Shown: positions 27,325 to 39,976 of the stretch, piece after piece
Layout of the letters: the number at the start of each line of letters is the position of its first letter
Position numbering within the stretch: the stretch's first letter is position 1
Origin: Octopus sinensis
Taxonomy: Eukaryota
Direction of reading: 5' to 3'
Assembly: GCF_006345805.1 (NCBI RefSeq)
Contig: NC_043012.1
Coordinates: 37,758,001 to 37,822,000 of the forward strand
DNA: 64,000 nt
Made by a program: the position numbers and the translations under genes
Notes under the pieces: model-generated
What the model saw: only the letters and a program-made list of their open reading frames with translations
Databases searched by the model: none
What the model was told of the DNA's origin: nothing

Positions 27325-28251
27325 CGAAAGAAGGTTTGAAAATGCAATTTAAAAGATGTTTATTTACTTTACCGGTTTCACTCTTTGGAAAAAGATTGTC
27401 AAAAGTAACATGTAGAAGTTTGGTTGCATTAATTATTGGTTGTTGCAAATTGCTACATTACATATATACAGTCTTTGGTAACAGGGACATGTTAAGGACA
27501 TAAAAAAGTTCAACAAGTTCCTTAAAATATTGGGCACAAAAGATTACATAAATAATCGTTTTCAAGGACATACTTAAGATAGTTTCCAGACGGAATTGAT
27601 ATTGGTATTGTATCTGTATATTCAAACATGCACAGAATATTGGTTGACACAGGGTACTATAATCCATATAAATATACATTCTTTGGTGACAACAGTATGT
27701 TGAGAATATAAAAAAGTTTAACAAGCTCATTGAAATAATGGGCAGAAAAGATTAAAACAAATATATTATACATCTCAAGGTAATTTCCAGGAGGAATTAT
27801 TAAAAGAAGTTCAGTATACACATACAGAATATTATGAGTTCAAAAAGATTTACATTATAATAGTGGTGAAGCTAAAACTGACCTGTCCGTTTTAGGAGAA
27901 ATGTGGAACTGAAAAGAATGTACCCTTTTTTTCTTTTTTTGTTTTTTTTGTCTCTCCTTCAAGCATCAATGATTTTGGGGTCAGGACGAGGTGAGTGCGT
28001 GTGTCTTTGTGTGTATGTGTGTGTGCATACATACATATGTGGTGTGAATAGATGTGTCTGTGTGTCTGTAAGATCTGGTAGGATGGTGTGTCTGTTTGTC
28101 AACTGCGTGTGTGGTTGTCTTGGTGTTGTGTGTGTGTGTGTGTATGCATGTATGTGTGTGGATGGCATTTGGCATGGTGCTGCGTGTGTATATGTGTGTC
28201 TGTATGGAGGTGAGATTGGTGTGAGTGTGTGTGTGCATATACATGTATACA

Positions 28252-28282
<31 letters not shown>

Positions 28283-28623
28283 GGGTTGTTTTTGATTGGT
28301 TCCAGGGTGGTGTAAATAGATGTGTGTTGTTTAAAGAATTTTTTGGGGTAGGATAGTGTGTGTATATGTGTGCCCATTCGTGTGTGTGTGTGTGTGCGTG
28401 TATGTGTATGGTTAATGTCTATTAGTGTGTTGCGCGTGCGTATGTGTGTATGTGTCTGCTTGCATGTGTGTCCATGTCTGTTGGGTGTATCCGTGCGGCA
28501 TGCGTGTGTTGGCATTGAGTATGTGCTTGTGCGTGTGCGTACACACGGTGTGGGTGCACGCATCCTCGTGTGCGTATATACATGCATACATGTGTCTATG
28601 CGTGTGTGCGGGCCATACATACA

Positions 28624-28663
<40 letters not shown>

Positions 28664-28674
28664 TATATATACAT

Positions 28675-28718
<44 letters not shown>

Positions 28719-28822
28719 TCATCATCATCATTTAATGTCTGTTTTCCATGCTGGCATGGGTTGGTCGGTAATATATATATATATATATATATATATAAAC
28801 ACACACACACATATATATATAT

Positions 28823-30410
28823 CCCTTATCTGGTGGTCGATGCGGAAACTGGAGATTGACGAATGGCTAATAAGGGCTGTACAGGCCCTATACAGAGAGG
28901 CTGTCAGCAAGGTTAGGATTGGCAATGAGTATAGTGAAGAATTCCGGGTAGAATTAGGTGTCCACCAAGGTTCAGCCCTCAGTCCCCTTTTATTCATCAT
29001 AGTCCTCCAGGCAATAACAGAGGAATTCAAAACAGGTTGCCCCTGGGAGCTCCTCTATGCTGATGACCTGGCCCTCATAGCAGAATCACTACCGGAACTA
29101 GAAAAGAAATTTCGGGTGTGGAAGCTCGGTTTAGAATCAAAGGGCCTTAGAGTAAATGTAGCGAAGACCAAAGTTATAGTAAGCAGAAAGGCGACCTCAT
29201 CACACACACCCTCGGGCAGGTGGCCCTGCTCGATCTGTAGGAAAGGTGTAGGTAGAAACTCCATAAGATGCACCCAGTGTAAGCTATGGACGCATAAGAG
29301 GTGCAGCAACATCAAAGGGAAATTAACTGATAAGATAGCTTTCATGTGTGGCAGATGCACAGGGACAATAGACACCACAGATACTCAGAAAACAGATTCC
29401 ATCACACTCTAGGGGAAGAAACTAGAAGTAGTTGATAGTTTCCACTACCTGGGTGACCAAGTTAGTAGTGGAGGTGGATGCTCAGAGAGTGTCACCACTA
29501 GAATACGAATAGCCTGGGCAAAGGGTCTCTCGCTCAGAGTGAAAGATAGATTGTATGATGCATGTGTGCGAACTGCCATGCTTCAGGGTAGTGAAACATG
29601 GGCTGTGACTGCAGAGGACATGCGTAGACTTGAAAGGAATGAAGCTAGCATGATCCGCTGGATGTGTAATGTCAGTGTGCGCGCACGACAGAGGGTAAGC
29701 ACCCTGAGAGAAATGCTGGACATAAGAAGCATCAGATGTGGTGTGCAAGAGAGATGCTTGTGTTGGTATGGTCATGTACTGCGGGTGGATGAGGAGAGAT
29801 GTGTGAAGAAGTGCCACTCCCAAACAGTTGAAGGTATCAGGGGAAGAGGTAGACCCAAGAAGACATGGGATGAGGTAGTCGAGCATGACCTCCGAGCGTT
29901 GGGCCTCACAGAGGCAATGACGAAGGACCGAGATCTCTGGAGATATGCTGTGACTGCAAAGACCCAGGCTGCTTCCTGCTCCAGTTTCACATAGCCCCAG
30001 CCCATTCAAGGTACTTTGGATTGCAGAATGACCTGCTGTGCTTGAGGAGACCTATTGAGTCAAGTACATGAACATCGAAATAAATATCAAATGGAAATAG
30101 TAGTTGTGATACCTGTGCCAGTGGCACGTAAAAAGTACCATCCGAATGTGGCCGATGCCAGCGCCGCCATGACTGGCTTCTGTCCCGGTGGCACGTAAAA
30201 AGCACCATCCGACCGTGACTGCTTGTCTGGCACCTGTGCCGGTGGCACGTAAAAAGCACCCATTACACTCACGGAGTGGTTGGCATTAGGAAGGGCATCC
30301 ACCCGTAGAAACATTGCCAGATCAGACTGGGCCTGGTGCAGCCTCCTGGCTTCCCAGACCCCAGTTGAACCGTCCAACCCATGCTAGTATGGAAAGCGGA
30401 CGCTAAATGA

Positions 30411-30414
<4 letters not shown>
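28823..30414 (+). mobile_element. 5'-truncated RTE-clade LINE with a C4HC3 (PHD-like) finger in the ORF
   Basis: GVHQGSALSPLLF and LLYADD RT motifs, GSETW motif; one nonsense codon (29410) and an apparent in-frame deletion near 29523. 3'UTR has three GTGGCACGTAAAAAG repeats and ends in a (TGA)n tail. Confidence 0.93.
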
Positions 30415-30620
<206 letters not shown>

Positions 30621-30702
30621 CGGAGTAAACACATAAATGTGAAACAAGGTGGAAAAAAAAGTACTCAAATACCTGGGGTAGAATAATATGCTTTATTTAA
30701 AA

Positions 30703-30779
30703 GCAGCAGAAATTCAACAAAACCTGTTACTCGGAGAACGTGAAACTCCGAGTAACAGGTTTTGTTGAATTTCTGTTGC
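30703..30779. repeat. 34-bp stem hairpin with a 9-nt loop
   Basis: 30703-30736 pairs with 30746-30779, with one G.U pair on the + strand transcript. Confidence 0.92.
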
Positions 30780-30881
30780 CTTATATATATATATATACAC
30801 AATTGCAGCATGGAAGGTGTTTATAAGCCATTTAAAAAACACACAAAACCGTTAGATTCACTTCAACATATAAAGTTTTAA

Positions 30882-30932
30882 TTTGTCAAAATATTTTCGT
30901 CGCTTTGAGGCCACGACCTGTTCACTGACAAA
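30882..30932 (-). ncRNA. Mirror copy of the G3-C8 hammerhead motif
   Basis: Reverse complement reads UUUGUCA-GUGAACA-G-GUCGU(GGCCUCAAA)GCGAC-GAA-AAUAUU-U-UGACAAA, with a G.U wobble in stem II. Confidence 0.72.
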
Positions 30933-30941
30933 GATTTGTGC

Positions 30942-30992
30942 TTTGTCAGTGAACAGGTCGCGGTCTCAAAGCGACGAAAATATTTTGACAAA
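30942..30992 (+). ncRNA. Minimal type I hammerhead motif with G3-C8 core variant
   Basis: UUUGUCA-GUGAACA-G-GUCGC(GGUCUCAAA)GCGAC-GAA-AAUAUU-U-UGACAAA: 7-bp stem I, 5-bp stem II, palindromic stem III. Confidence 0.75.
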
Positions 30993-31242
30993 TTAAAACT
31001 TTATATGTTGAAGTGAATCTAACGGTTTTGTGTGTTTCTTAAATGGCTTATAAACCTTCCACGCTGCAATTGTTTTCGTTCCAGCACACGATCTCAGATC
31101 AAGTCACTCGCTATGCAAGTACATCTCCATAATAATATATATAGTTAATCCAAACAAGAAAGCACAAAAAAAACACAACAACGTGAGGACGTGGAACAAA
31201 TAAAGTATTATTGGACGCTCAGGAAAGAAGGAAAGAAGGAGG

Positions 31243-31277
31243 GTTTAACGTTTCGAGTGGAGCTCTTCGTCGGAAAC
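31243..31277 (-). ncRNA. Minimal hammerhead-like motif with U4C core change
   Basis: GUUU-CCGACGA-A-GAG(CUCCA)CUC-GAA-ACGU-U-AAAC; all helices pair, core position 4 is C. Confidence 0.55.
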
Positions 31278-31846
31278 ATAGGAGAAGGAAAGATCCAGAG
31301 AAGGGAAGACAGAGGAAAAAAAATCGCCAACGGTACACACGAGGTCACAAAGAGAGAGAGAGCTGAGAGGGAGAGAGAGAGGGAGGGAGAGAGAGAGGGA
31401 GAGAGAGAGGGAGAGAGAGGAGGAGAGAGAGAGAGAGAGAGAGTTGATATCATTAGTGCTACCACTTTTGCCGTTCTGGCTCCACCTTGTCTATATTAAA
31501 ATTATTGCATGCAACATTTAGGAGATGTGTTTTTCTTTTTGTTGCTTTTGTAGATGTTAAGTGATTCACCAATACAATCTTGAATTGTAAAAACACACAC
31601 AGACATCATTACACTTTGTTTTCCGCACAGTTCTCAAGCTTTTTGTTTGAAAGATAGTTCTTGCATTTTTTGTTGAATGCATGCACGTATATGTGTGTGC
31701 ATGCACATATATATATATATACACACACACACACATATATGTATATATATATATATATATATATAAACATACACACACACACTTATATACATATATGTAT
31801 ATTATATATATATATATGTACAACACACACATATATACATATATGT

Positions 31847-31903
<57 letters not shown>

Positions 31904-31991
31904 AATAATAAGGGTAAAATTAATTAATAATTTTACCAAGTAGTGTTCAGTATGTAAAGACCCATTACGGTATATTTAAAACATTACTTTA

Positions 31992-32232
31992 TATAATTAG
32001 GGTTCAGCAAAAAAATTTACTTTACCACACACTGAACTTTTAGAAATAGCAGCCAAAGAATTTAGCTATTTCCTCTACTATAAGAAGAGTCTCCCAGACA
32101 ATGAATTGTTTTTGAGTATACATTGTCTGGGAGACTCTTCTTATAGTAGAGGAAATAGCTAAATTCTTTGGCTGCTACTTCTAAAAGTTCAGTGTGTGGT
32201 AAAGTAAATTTTTTTGCTGAACCCTAATTATA
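31992..32232. repeat. Fold-back palindrome, 112-bp arms, 17-nt spacer, within a looser inverted repeat (~31900-32355)
   Basis: 31992-32103 pairs with 32121-32232 with one mismatch seen; flanked by (TA)n. Confidence 0.9.
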
Positions 32233-32397
32233 ATTATACTCATAATTATAAAAAATTTTGTTTAAGTTTAGTGAAAAAGGTCCTTTTAACATGCCGAATA
32301 CTACTTGGTGGAATTATTAATAACTAATTAATTAATTAATTTTGCCCTTTATTATTATATATATACATATATACATATATATATTTATGTATATATG

Positions 32398-32431
<34 letters not shown>

Positions 32432-32866
32432 TATATGTATATATGTATATATGCATATATATATATGAAGTAAGATGGAAGAAAAAATAAAAGAAAATTT
32501 GCAGGAAATTATTATTAGGTTATGGGAGTTCACACACATACAGAAGGGTACACACATCCCAAAACATCGACAGACACAAACACACTATAACAAAGCCATT
32601 CACACACTTACTAATGACATATACATTATTGTGTACACCAAACATATAGATACATACGATAGAAGAAACAGGTATATACGCATATACATTTATGAAAAGC
32701 CAGGTAGTAAGGGAATCTAGAAATTTAAAATGGTTTTAAGGAAATTAACTAGATTTAGTGAGAAAAGGAGAAAAGGAATAGAAAGATATGGCAGGAGCAA
32801 AGGAACAAGAGGTCGAAAGAGAGACTGAAGAGGAACCGGTGCATTGTGTGGTGTTATGAGCATGCC

Positions 32867-33569
32867 TTTGTGCAGGTTGGAGAAGAAGTCTGGGTTAAGC
32901 CCCCAAATGCATGGTGCACATCACAGTGGGAAAAGGGGACAATAACCTCTGTGAATTCGAGGAACAATGTATCCATAGATGGCATGCCATGACGTGTTTT
33001 GGATGTGTGCAGGATCATCACTGTGATGGAGGATGGAGCCAACAGTAATGGAGAAGAGGATGAAGCTGGCAGGAACACGCCAGGAACTGAGGCCGGTCCT
33101 GAAGTCCTACAGCACTCTCAGAGAGAGCGGTGCCTTCCTCGTTGGTTGGCTGATTACAAGACAAGTTAAGGCGTGTGGTCAGAGTTGAGAAGAGGGCATG
33201 GGCAGGTTGGTTGAATGATCTACAGATCAGGGGTTGTGTGGTGCTATGAGCCAGGCTGTGTTGTAGGGTAGGATCAGAAGTGAGGGAGTAGGCATGTCCT
33301 GTCAGAAGTGGGGCCTGTGGATCGCACCGGAAGTGCTGTGGTGGACATGTAGCATTCAGTGAAGCATGAGGGTCGGTCGGTGGTGAACAGCACATCAGAG
33401 CAGACGTGTGAGACAGTACAGCAACGAATAGCACACATGGACGTGAAGTGAACCTTGGAGATTGAGACAGTACGTAGATGTTGAAAGTGACCCTTTTACC
33501 AGATCGACAGGTAAGACTACCATAATTCTCTCTTCGCCTCCATCTTTTTTCTTCTTTTACATCACAACA
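32867..33569 (+). mobile_element. Gypsy-type LTR retrotransposon 3' remnant (integrase tail, purine tract, LTR ~33237-33569)
   Basis: FVQVGEEVWVKPPNAWCTSQWEKGTITSVNSRNNVSIDGMP*RVLDV. The LTR starts TGTGGTG like the solo LTR and ends ACAACA. Confidence 0.72.
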
Positions 33570-34349
33570 TTAAAATGCATAGAAGAAACTTAAAGAAGGG
33601 GGAGCGAAAGTTATATATATATATGACAGGGGAGTGGCAGGTGGGGTGATTTGCTGTACTTGATAAGACACGTCAAGCTCAGTAAAACCACTGACTTCTA
33701 CACATGTAGCCTTGTCCTTTCAGGAGTTGGTTGACTCTTAAAACGCACCCATGCCAATGGCATGTAAAGAGTCCCCAGCAAATTCTGTAAACTGATTGGC
33801 ATTAGGAAGGGCATCAAGCCATAGAAACCCATGCTAAAACAAACAGTTTGGACAGCTCAAACCGTCCAACCCATACCAGCATGGAGAGCAGATGTTAACA
33901 ATGATTATGTAAATATATATTTTCAACAGTTTCAATATAAAACAGAATATTTTGGGCCAGATATGGACCAGTTTAAATGCTAAAGGATTAAATGGCACCT
34001 TTTAATTCAGATAATTTTAGAACAAGAAGTTTGCATTGTAGAACCAGAGGTAGCCTAAGGCAGGTTGCTATCGAAAGGGTTAAGTTATATGCACCACAAT
34101 TACAACTGAGAGGTTCTCTCATGGTAAATAATACAGTATTCTGTGTTCTAACACAACATTATTCTATAATAGCTCCAGGCCAGCTTTGGTTGGCTATAAT
34201 AGAAGACATACCCAGGGTGCCCTGTTGTGGGACTAAACTCAAAACCATATAGTTGAGAAGCAAATTACTTAGCACATAGCTATGCAGTGGCTTATATTTA
34301 CCTCTATCTTATCTATCTATCTATCTGTGTGTGTGTGTGTGTGTGTGTG

Positions 34350-34505
34350 TATAGGTGTGGCTGTGTGGTTAGAAGTTCGCTTCCCAACCACATGGTTTCG
34401 GGTTCAGTTCCACTGCATGGCACCTTTGGCAAGTGTCTTCTTCTATAGCCTCAGGTCAACCAAAGCCTTGTGAGTGTGGTAGAAGGAAGCTGAAAGAAGC
34501 CCATC

Positions 34506-34561
<56 letters not shown>

Positions 34562-34830
34562 TATATATATATTATATATATATATACATATACACATACA
34601 TACATATATGTGTGTGTATAAGTTTGTGTGTCTGTGTTTGTCCCCCCAGCATCGCTTGATAACCGATGTTGGTGTGCTTACATCCCCATAACTCAGCAGT
34701 TTGACAAAAGAGACCAATAGAATAAGTACTAAACTTACAAAGAATAAGTCCTGGAGTTGATTTGTTTGACTAAAGGCAGTGCTCCTGCATGGCCACAGTC
34801 AAATGACTGAAATAAGTGAAAGCATAAAAG
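34350..34830 (+). mobile_element. tRNA-headed SINE family A with internal (AT)n/(GT)n (representative copy)
   Basis: GGTTCAGTTCCACTG B-box-like head, GGCAAGTGTCTTCT..AAAGCCTTGTGAGTG core, CAGCATGGCC..AAATGACTGAAA tail. Other copies near 7630, 9065, 20700, 21315, 24520, 25530, 39695, 49550 and 53200. Confidence 0.85.
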
Positions 34831-34834
34831 GATA

Positions 34835-35770
34835 TACACACACACACATATATAAATACATACATATACACATAGAAACACACACACACATGTACAAATA
34901 TATTTACCATTTGTATTTATAGCTGATTTAGCAAAATGGTATGCTAATGAGAAATGAAGGCAGCTATATGCAATATAAAACCAGTGCATGTGTGTATATA
35001 TATATATATATATACATACACAGCCGCCATGATAGATTGTTAGCCACTACACACATTTTTTTCTCTCCTTGTTTTTCTGTGTCCATTTCTGTGGAAGAGC
35101 ATAGGCTCGAAATGTAAAAGACTTTTTCAATTCCTGAGCGTTATACTAATACATCTGTTTGTTTTCTACACCACCTGTCTTCGTCTTTTGCTTTTTTTTT
35201 CGTAAACTCTCCCTCTCTCTCTCTATATATATATATACACAGATAAATAGATTGATAGATACATGCATACATACACACACACATACATACATACATATAT
35301 ACACACACACATATATAAATACATACATATACACATAGAAACACACACACACATGTACAAATATATTTACCATTTGTATTTATAGCTGATTTAGCAAAAT
35401 GGTATGCTAATGAGAAATGAAGGCAGCTATATGCAATATAAAACCAGTGCATGTGTGTATATATATATATATATATATACATACACAGCCGCCATGATAG
35501 ATTGTTAGCCACTACACACATTTTTTTCTCTCCTTGTTTTTCTGTGTCCATTTCTGTGGAAGAGCATAGGCTCGAAATGTAAAAGACTTTTTCAATTCCT
35601 GAGCGTTATACTAATACATCTGTTTGTTTTCTACACCACCTGTCTTCGTCTTTTGCTTTTTTTTTCGTAAACTCTCCCTCTCTCTCTCTATATATATATA
35701 TATACACAGATAAATAGATTGATAGATACATGCATACATACACACACACATACATACATACATATATACA
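34835..35770. repeat. Near-identical tandem duplication, period ~465 bp
   Basis: CATAGAAACA.. at 34871 and 35334; the copies appear to differ only in microsatellite length. Confidence 0.9.
35086..35119 (+). ncRNA. Degenerate hammerhead-like motif (second copy 35551-35584)
   Basis: TTT-CTGTGGA-A-GAGC(ATAG)GCTC-GAA-ATGT-A-AAA: 4-bp stem II is perfect; core position 6 and stem III deviate. Confidence 0.4.
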
Positions 35771-36999
35771 CACACATACCTACATATGTGTGTGTGTGTG
35801 TGTGTGTCTTTTCTATATCATCTCTGAAGAGCGTGTGGTTTTACTTAACAGCACTGTTATCTAATATCCAGTACCTAATACCCAGTGTGAAACTGATTGG
35901 TAAGATTGGCTGAAATGGATCTAATATTGCATACTTTGATTTATATATGTGCATGTGTGTGCGTATGTATGTGTGTGTGTGTGCATGTGTGTGGACACAT
36001 GTGTGCACATTAAAAAGAAACAGTGAGATAGTTTACATATGTCTAGTTTTCCCTAAGGAGACGAAATGAAAAACAAGGAACCATTAGGCACTGTAGATAC
36101 ATGCAGATAGACAGACAAAGAGCCAGGATTCACTATTTGAAAGCTAATTAATATTATAGCCATTTGTAGCCTTATTAATTTATTTGACATTGTGTAAAAT
36201 CAGTAGCCAGAATAGACTTAGTTGAATGGGATGTCATAAACATACTGCAAACTGAAATTACAACAATGGAGAAGCAGATATACAACTCTCTTTCCCATTC
36301 TTTCTTCTCTTTTTATTCATATGTATGGGTATATCTATCAATCAATCTATGAAGCTATCTATCTATTTATCTTTCTATCTATCTATCTATCTATCTGTCT
36401 ATCTATCTATCCATACACACACACACACACACATAATTGATGAAACACTGGATTATTGTAATTCTATCACCACACAGTTGTTGAGGTCAGTTGCTGTCCT
36501 ACAAGCTGGTACAACATCTGATCTGGGTTGTTTGTGAAAGACTGTCCATCACTTTAGTTATTAAAACTTCATAACTGGTCTGTCGTCCATGTAGACACTA
36601 CTACTACTACTACTACTCCTACTACCTTGAGTGACTAAAGAAGTAGTTTGGTTACATAAACTGGTGTTAAATGCTGATTAGTCTACAAATGACTGATGTA
36701 GAACCATGCTGTGTTTGCTGTTGCCATGGGGACTGTTACTGCCTTTAAAGAAAGGACTTTTCAATGGATTGGTTGAGTTGGGTTGGGAAAATGTATGATG
36801 TAGGCTTGAAGTGGACCCTGTTGGCCTGAGTGGGTGAAATTTGGCTGTAATTCTGTGGTTTCATGGTTGCATTGCTGGCACACTTACCAAGAGAGATTCA
36901 TTTCAGCTATGTCCAGGATTCATGATAAGACATTTTAGGTTCCTAACATTGATTACCAAAACTCATGCATAATTTATTATTTAACTATTCAAAGGCAGT

Positions 37000-37210
37000 G
37001 AACTGGCAGGGTCGTTAGCACGCCGGGCGAAATGCTTAGTGGTGTTTCATTTGTTGCTATGTTCTGGGTTCAAATTCTGCCAAAGTCGACTTTGTCTTTC
37101 ATCCTTTTGGGATTGATTGAATAAGTACCAGTTATGCACTGGGGTTGATCTAATTGACTTTATCCCCTCCCACAAGCTGCCCGTGTGGCAAATATTTGAA
37201 ACCATTATTT
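37000..37210 (+). mobile_element. tRNA-headed SINE family B with TCATCCTTTCGGGGTCGATAAA-AAGTACCAG core (representative copy)
   Basis: GTTCAAATTC B-box-like head plus a conserved core resembling Meta/Nin-type SINE central domains (recalled). Copies near 15690, 15920, 50820 and 57050, with a dense cluster at 58830-63545. Confidence 0.8.
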
Positions 37211-37299
37211 AACTATTCATTCTCCATAATGTATATCTGATATGTTTTTTTTTACATTCATTTTTGTATTGCTTACATCAAGTCATTAAATGTGGGAGG

Positions 37300-37540
37300 C
37301 ATGTGGTTAAGTGGTTTGAGAGTTGGACTCTCAGTCATAAGGTTGTGGTTTCAATTCCTGGACTGGTGAACGTATTGTGCTCTTGAACAAAACACTTCAT
37401 TTCACGTTGCTCAACTCCACTCAGCTGGCTAAAATGAGTCATCCTGAGACGGACTGCTGGGGAATGTGATACATGCACAATGGAAACCAGGAACCTGGCC
37501 CTTATGAGTCAGTATGACTTGAGGTGCTATCTTTACCCTT
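37300..37540 (+). mobile_element. tRNA-headed SINE family C (TGCTCTTGAACAAAACACTTCATTTCACGTTGCTC..CACTCAGCTGG core)
   Basis: Related copies on the - strand near 20150-20420, 23100-23420, 23750-23940 and 48300-48580. Confidence 0.72.
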
Positions 37541-37737
37541 TTCTTAAGTCATTGTGTAAAACTTATTCTCTGTGTCTGTTTAGTTTGCACTCTGTATTCC
37601 AGTATCATCCTGAAAGTTGATGTAGGCTCAGACAGAATCCCACGTCTCCACCCATCATTTCAGACTTTCCAGTTAGTCTGGTTCAATTCATCTTCCTCAT
37701 TCTTCAAAGTTGATCATCTCTTTCTACATCTCTCAGA

Positions 37738-38390
37738 GATGTGGTTAAGAGCGCAGGCTACGAACCCCAAGATTCCGAGTTTGATTCCAAGCAGTGACCT
37801 GAACAATAACAACAACAACAACAACAACAGCAGCAGCAGCAGCAGCAGCAACAACAACAACAACAATAACAACAACAACAACAACAACAACAATCATCGT
37901 TTAATGTCCGCTTTCCATGCTAGCATGGGTCGGACAATTTGACTGAGGACTGGCGAACCAGATGGCTACACCAGGCTCCAATCTTGATCTGGCAGAGTTT
38001 CTACAGCTGGATGCCCTTCCTAACACCAACCACCCCGAGAGTGTAGTGGGTACTTTTATGTGCCACCGGCATGAGAGCCATTCAGGCAGTACTGGCAATG
38101 GCCATGCTCAAATGGTGTTTTTTAGGTGCTACCTGCACAGGAGCCAGTCCAGCGGCACTGGCAACAACCTCGCTCGAATGCTTTTTCATGTGCCAATAAT
38201 AATAATAATAATAACATCGAAAAATACGTTAGGAATGAGAACCCAGGTTCGAAATTTCCCCAAGACACCTGATGAAGGCTGGAGGGTATATCAGCTGAAA
38301 CATTCTGCTAACAACAAACAAGATGAGGACAAATAGCCATCAAATGCAAATAATGTAAATAAAACCTCATCTCCTTAAATATAGCACTGT
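37738..38390 (+). mobile_element. tRNA-headed HHR-SINE with an RTE-tail element nested in its (AAC)n linker
   Basis: Head 37738-37800 (B-box-like GTTTGATTCC), (AAC/AGC)n, minus-strand RTE-tail insert ~37893-38195, then (AAT)n, body and HHR. Confidence 0.8.
38264..38309 (+). ncRNA. Degenerate hammerhead motif in the tRNA-headed SINE
   Basis: GACAC-CTGATGA-A-GGCTG..CAGCT-GAAAC-ATT-CTGCT: same family as 5699-5744, with stem III and the stem I 3' strand mutated. Confidence 0.55.
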
Positions 38391-38724
38391 ATGACATTGA
38401 TACCTATTTCAATGTTGTTGTTGTTCTCCTTCTTCCAATCAGGACTCACGCCATTAGCCACAAAGAATAATCTCTAATTCGAGCCTACTCTAAGCTACTA
38501 AGAATGCGTGTGGTAACTTCAAGATCCACCTACCACAGTGGTTAGGGTGTGAAAGCTACGTTGTTATCCTCATTCCGTAAATGGTGGCTTTTAACGGGTG
38601 GAACCATCCTGGGGTATAGAGGATTCGCAATCTAGACTAGGGTCTGAAAGCTTACCACACCATAGTGGGTTACACCATGGTTCCTCTGCTTTGTGGTAGA
38701 AGTAGGAAGAAAGTGTGAGAGAAA

Positions 38725-38830
38725 GTGGTGGTGAAAGAGTACAGTGGGGTTGACCACCCTCCCCCCGCCGGAGCCTTGTGGTGGTGAAAGAGTACAGTGG
38801 GGTTGACCACCCTCCCCCCGCCGGAGCCTC
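38725..38830. repeat. 53-bp direct tandem duplication
   Basis: GTGGTGGTGAAAGAGTACAGTGGGGTTGACCACCCTCCCCCCGCCGGAGCCT at 38725 and 38778. Confidence 0.9.
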
Positions 38831-39976
38831 GTGGCTTAGGTGTTTTTGCTTAATAAACACTCACAATGCCCAGTCTGGGAATTGAAACAGTGTTCTTACG
38901 ACTGCAATTCTGCTGCCCTAACCACTGGGCCATTGCACCTCCACTGTTGTTGTTGGTGTTTAGCCCTAGGTCGTCAGTACAGGTCTGTCAAACACAATAA
39001 ATGCGAAATTCTGTCTGTCTGTCTGTTCAGGATCCCTGCGTCTCAGTCTACATTTGCTCCACATAAACTGATCCAGATTTGGAATCAGGAGGATCCTGGG
39101 ACTGAAAATCTGCCCTTCATTTGGTTCTTGAATGCCCAGCAGTGGAATCAGATCTGGATGAAGAAGATTTGTTAGATGCAAATAATGGAAAATTCAAATT
39201 TCAAAGGACTCCAGGATTACAAGGTACTTCTTCACATACCAGTGGTCCTTCACTTTTAATCTTTATGTTAATGAGGGAAGCCTCTATATGATTTGTTGAT
39301 CTTCTAGAAACAGCAGCTAAATCTCACACACATCTCAGCTTACTTTTTGAATAAAGGATGCATGAGACAATGTCGTCCTTGATATGTGTAAAGCTTTACA
39401 GAGATCTAGCTGTCTTTGGCAATAAATACATTTAAGGCAAAATTTTTTCATTAACTCCAGAAATACTATTGTGGACCCATAAATTGTTATGTGGGCCCCC
39501 AAGAGTCATATGAACCTTAGTTGAGAACAGATTTCTTGTTAAACGTCCTATATATGTTTTAACACACCTACACAAGTGACCCCTCTAAATTTATTTCCTC
39601 ATAACTTTCAGAAAAATCAATATCCTTTAACGACATTTTCTATAAATACTTTTCATCAGAATTAAATGTATATATTTAATTAATTTAATTACATAAGGTG
39701 TGGTTGTATAGTAAGAAGCTTGCTTCCCAACCACACGGTTCCGGGTTGAGTCCCACTGAGTGGCCCCTTGGGCAAGTGTCTTCTAGTATAGCCTTGGGCT
39801 GACCAAAGCCTTGTGAGTGGATTTGGAAGACGGAAACTGAAAGAAGCCTGTCATATATACACACATATATATGTGTGTGTGTGTGTTTGTCTCCCCCAGC
39901 ATTGCTTGACAACTGATGTTGGTGTTTTTAGGTCCCTGTAACTTAGTGGTTCGGCAAAAGAGACTGATACAATAAG

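Larger units (their letters stand above)
30800..31072. repeat. Fold-back palindrome, ~133-bp arms, 7-nt spacer, one HHR per strand
   Basis: 30800-30933 pairs with 30941-31072 with few mismatches. Confidence 0.92.

Noticed and set aside
30121-30262. Three GTGGCACGTAAAAAG(C/T)ACC repeats with 67- and 54-bp periods, superficially CRISPR-like
   Set aside because: They lie in a LINE 3'UTR of an animal genome, the intervening sequences resemble each other, and there are no cas genes.
31992-32232. Hammerhead in the 112-bp-arm palindrome
   Set aside because: A GTC-TCCCA-GAC hairpin is present, but there is no CUGANGA or GAAA in register.
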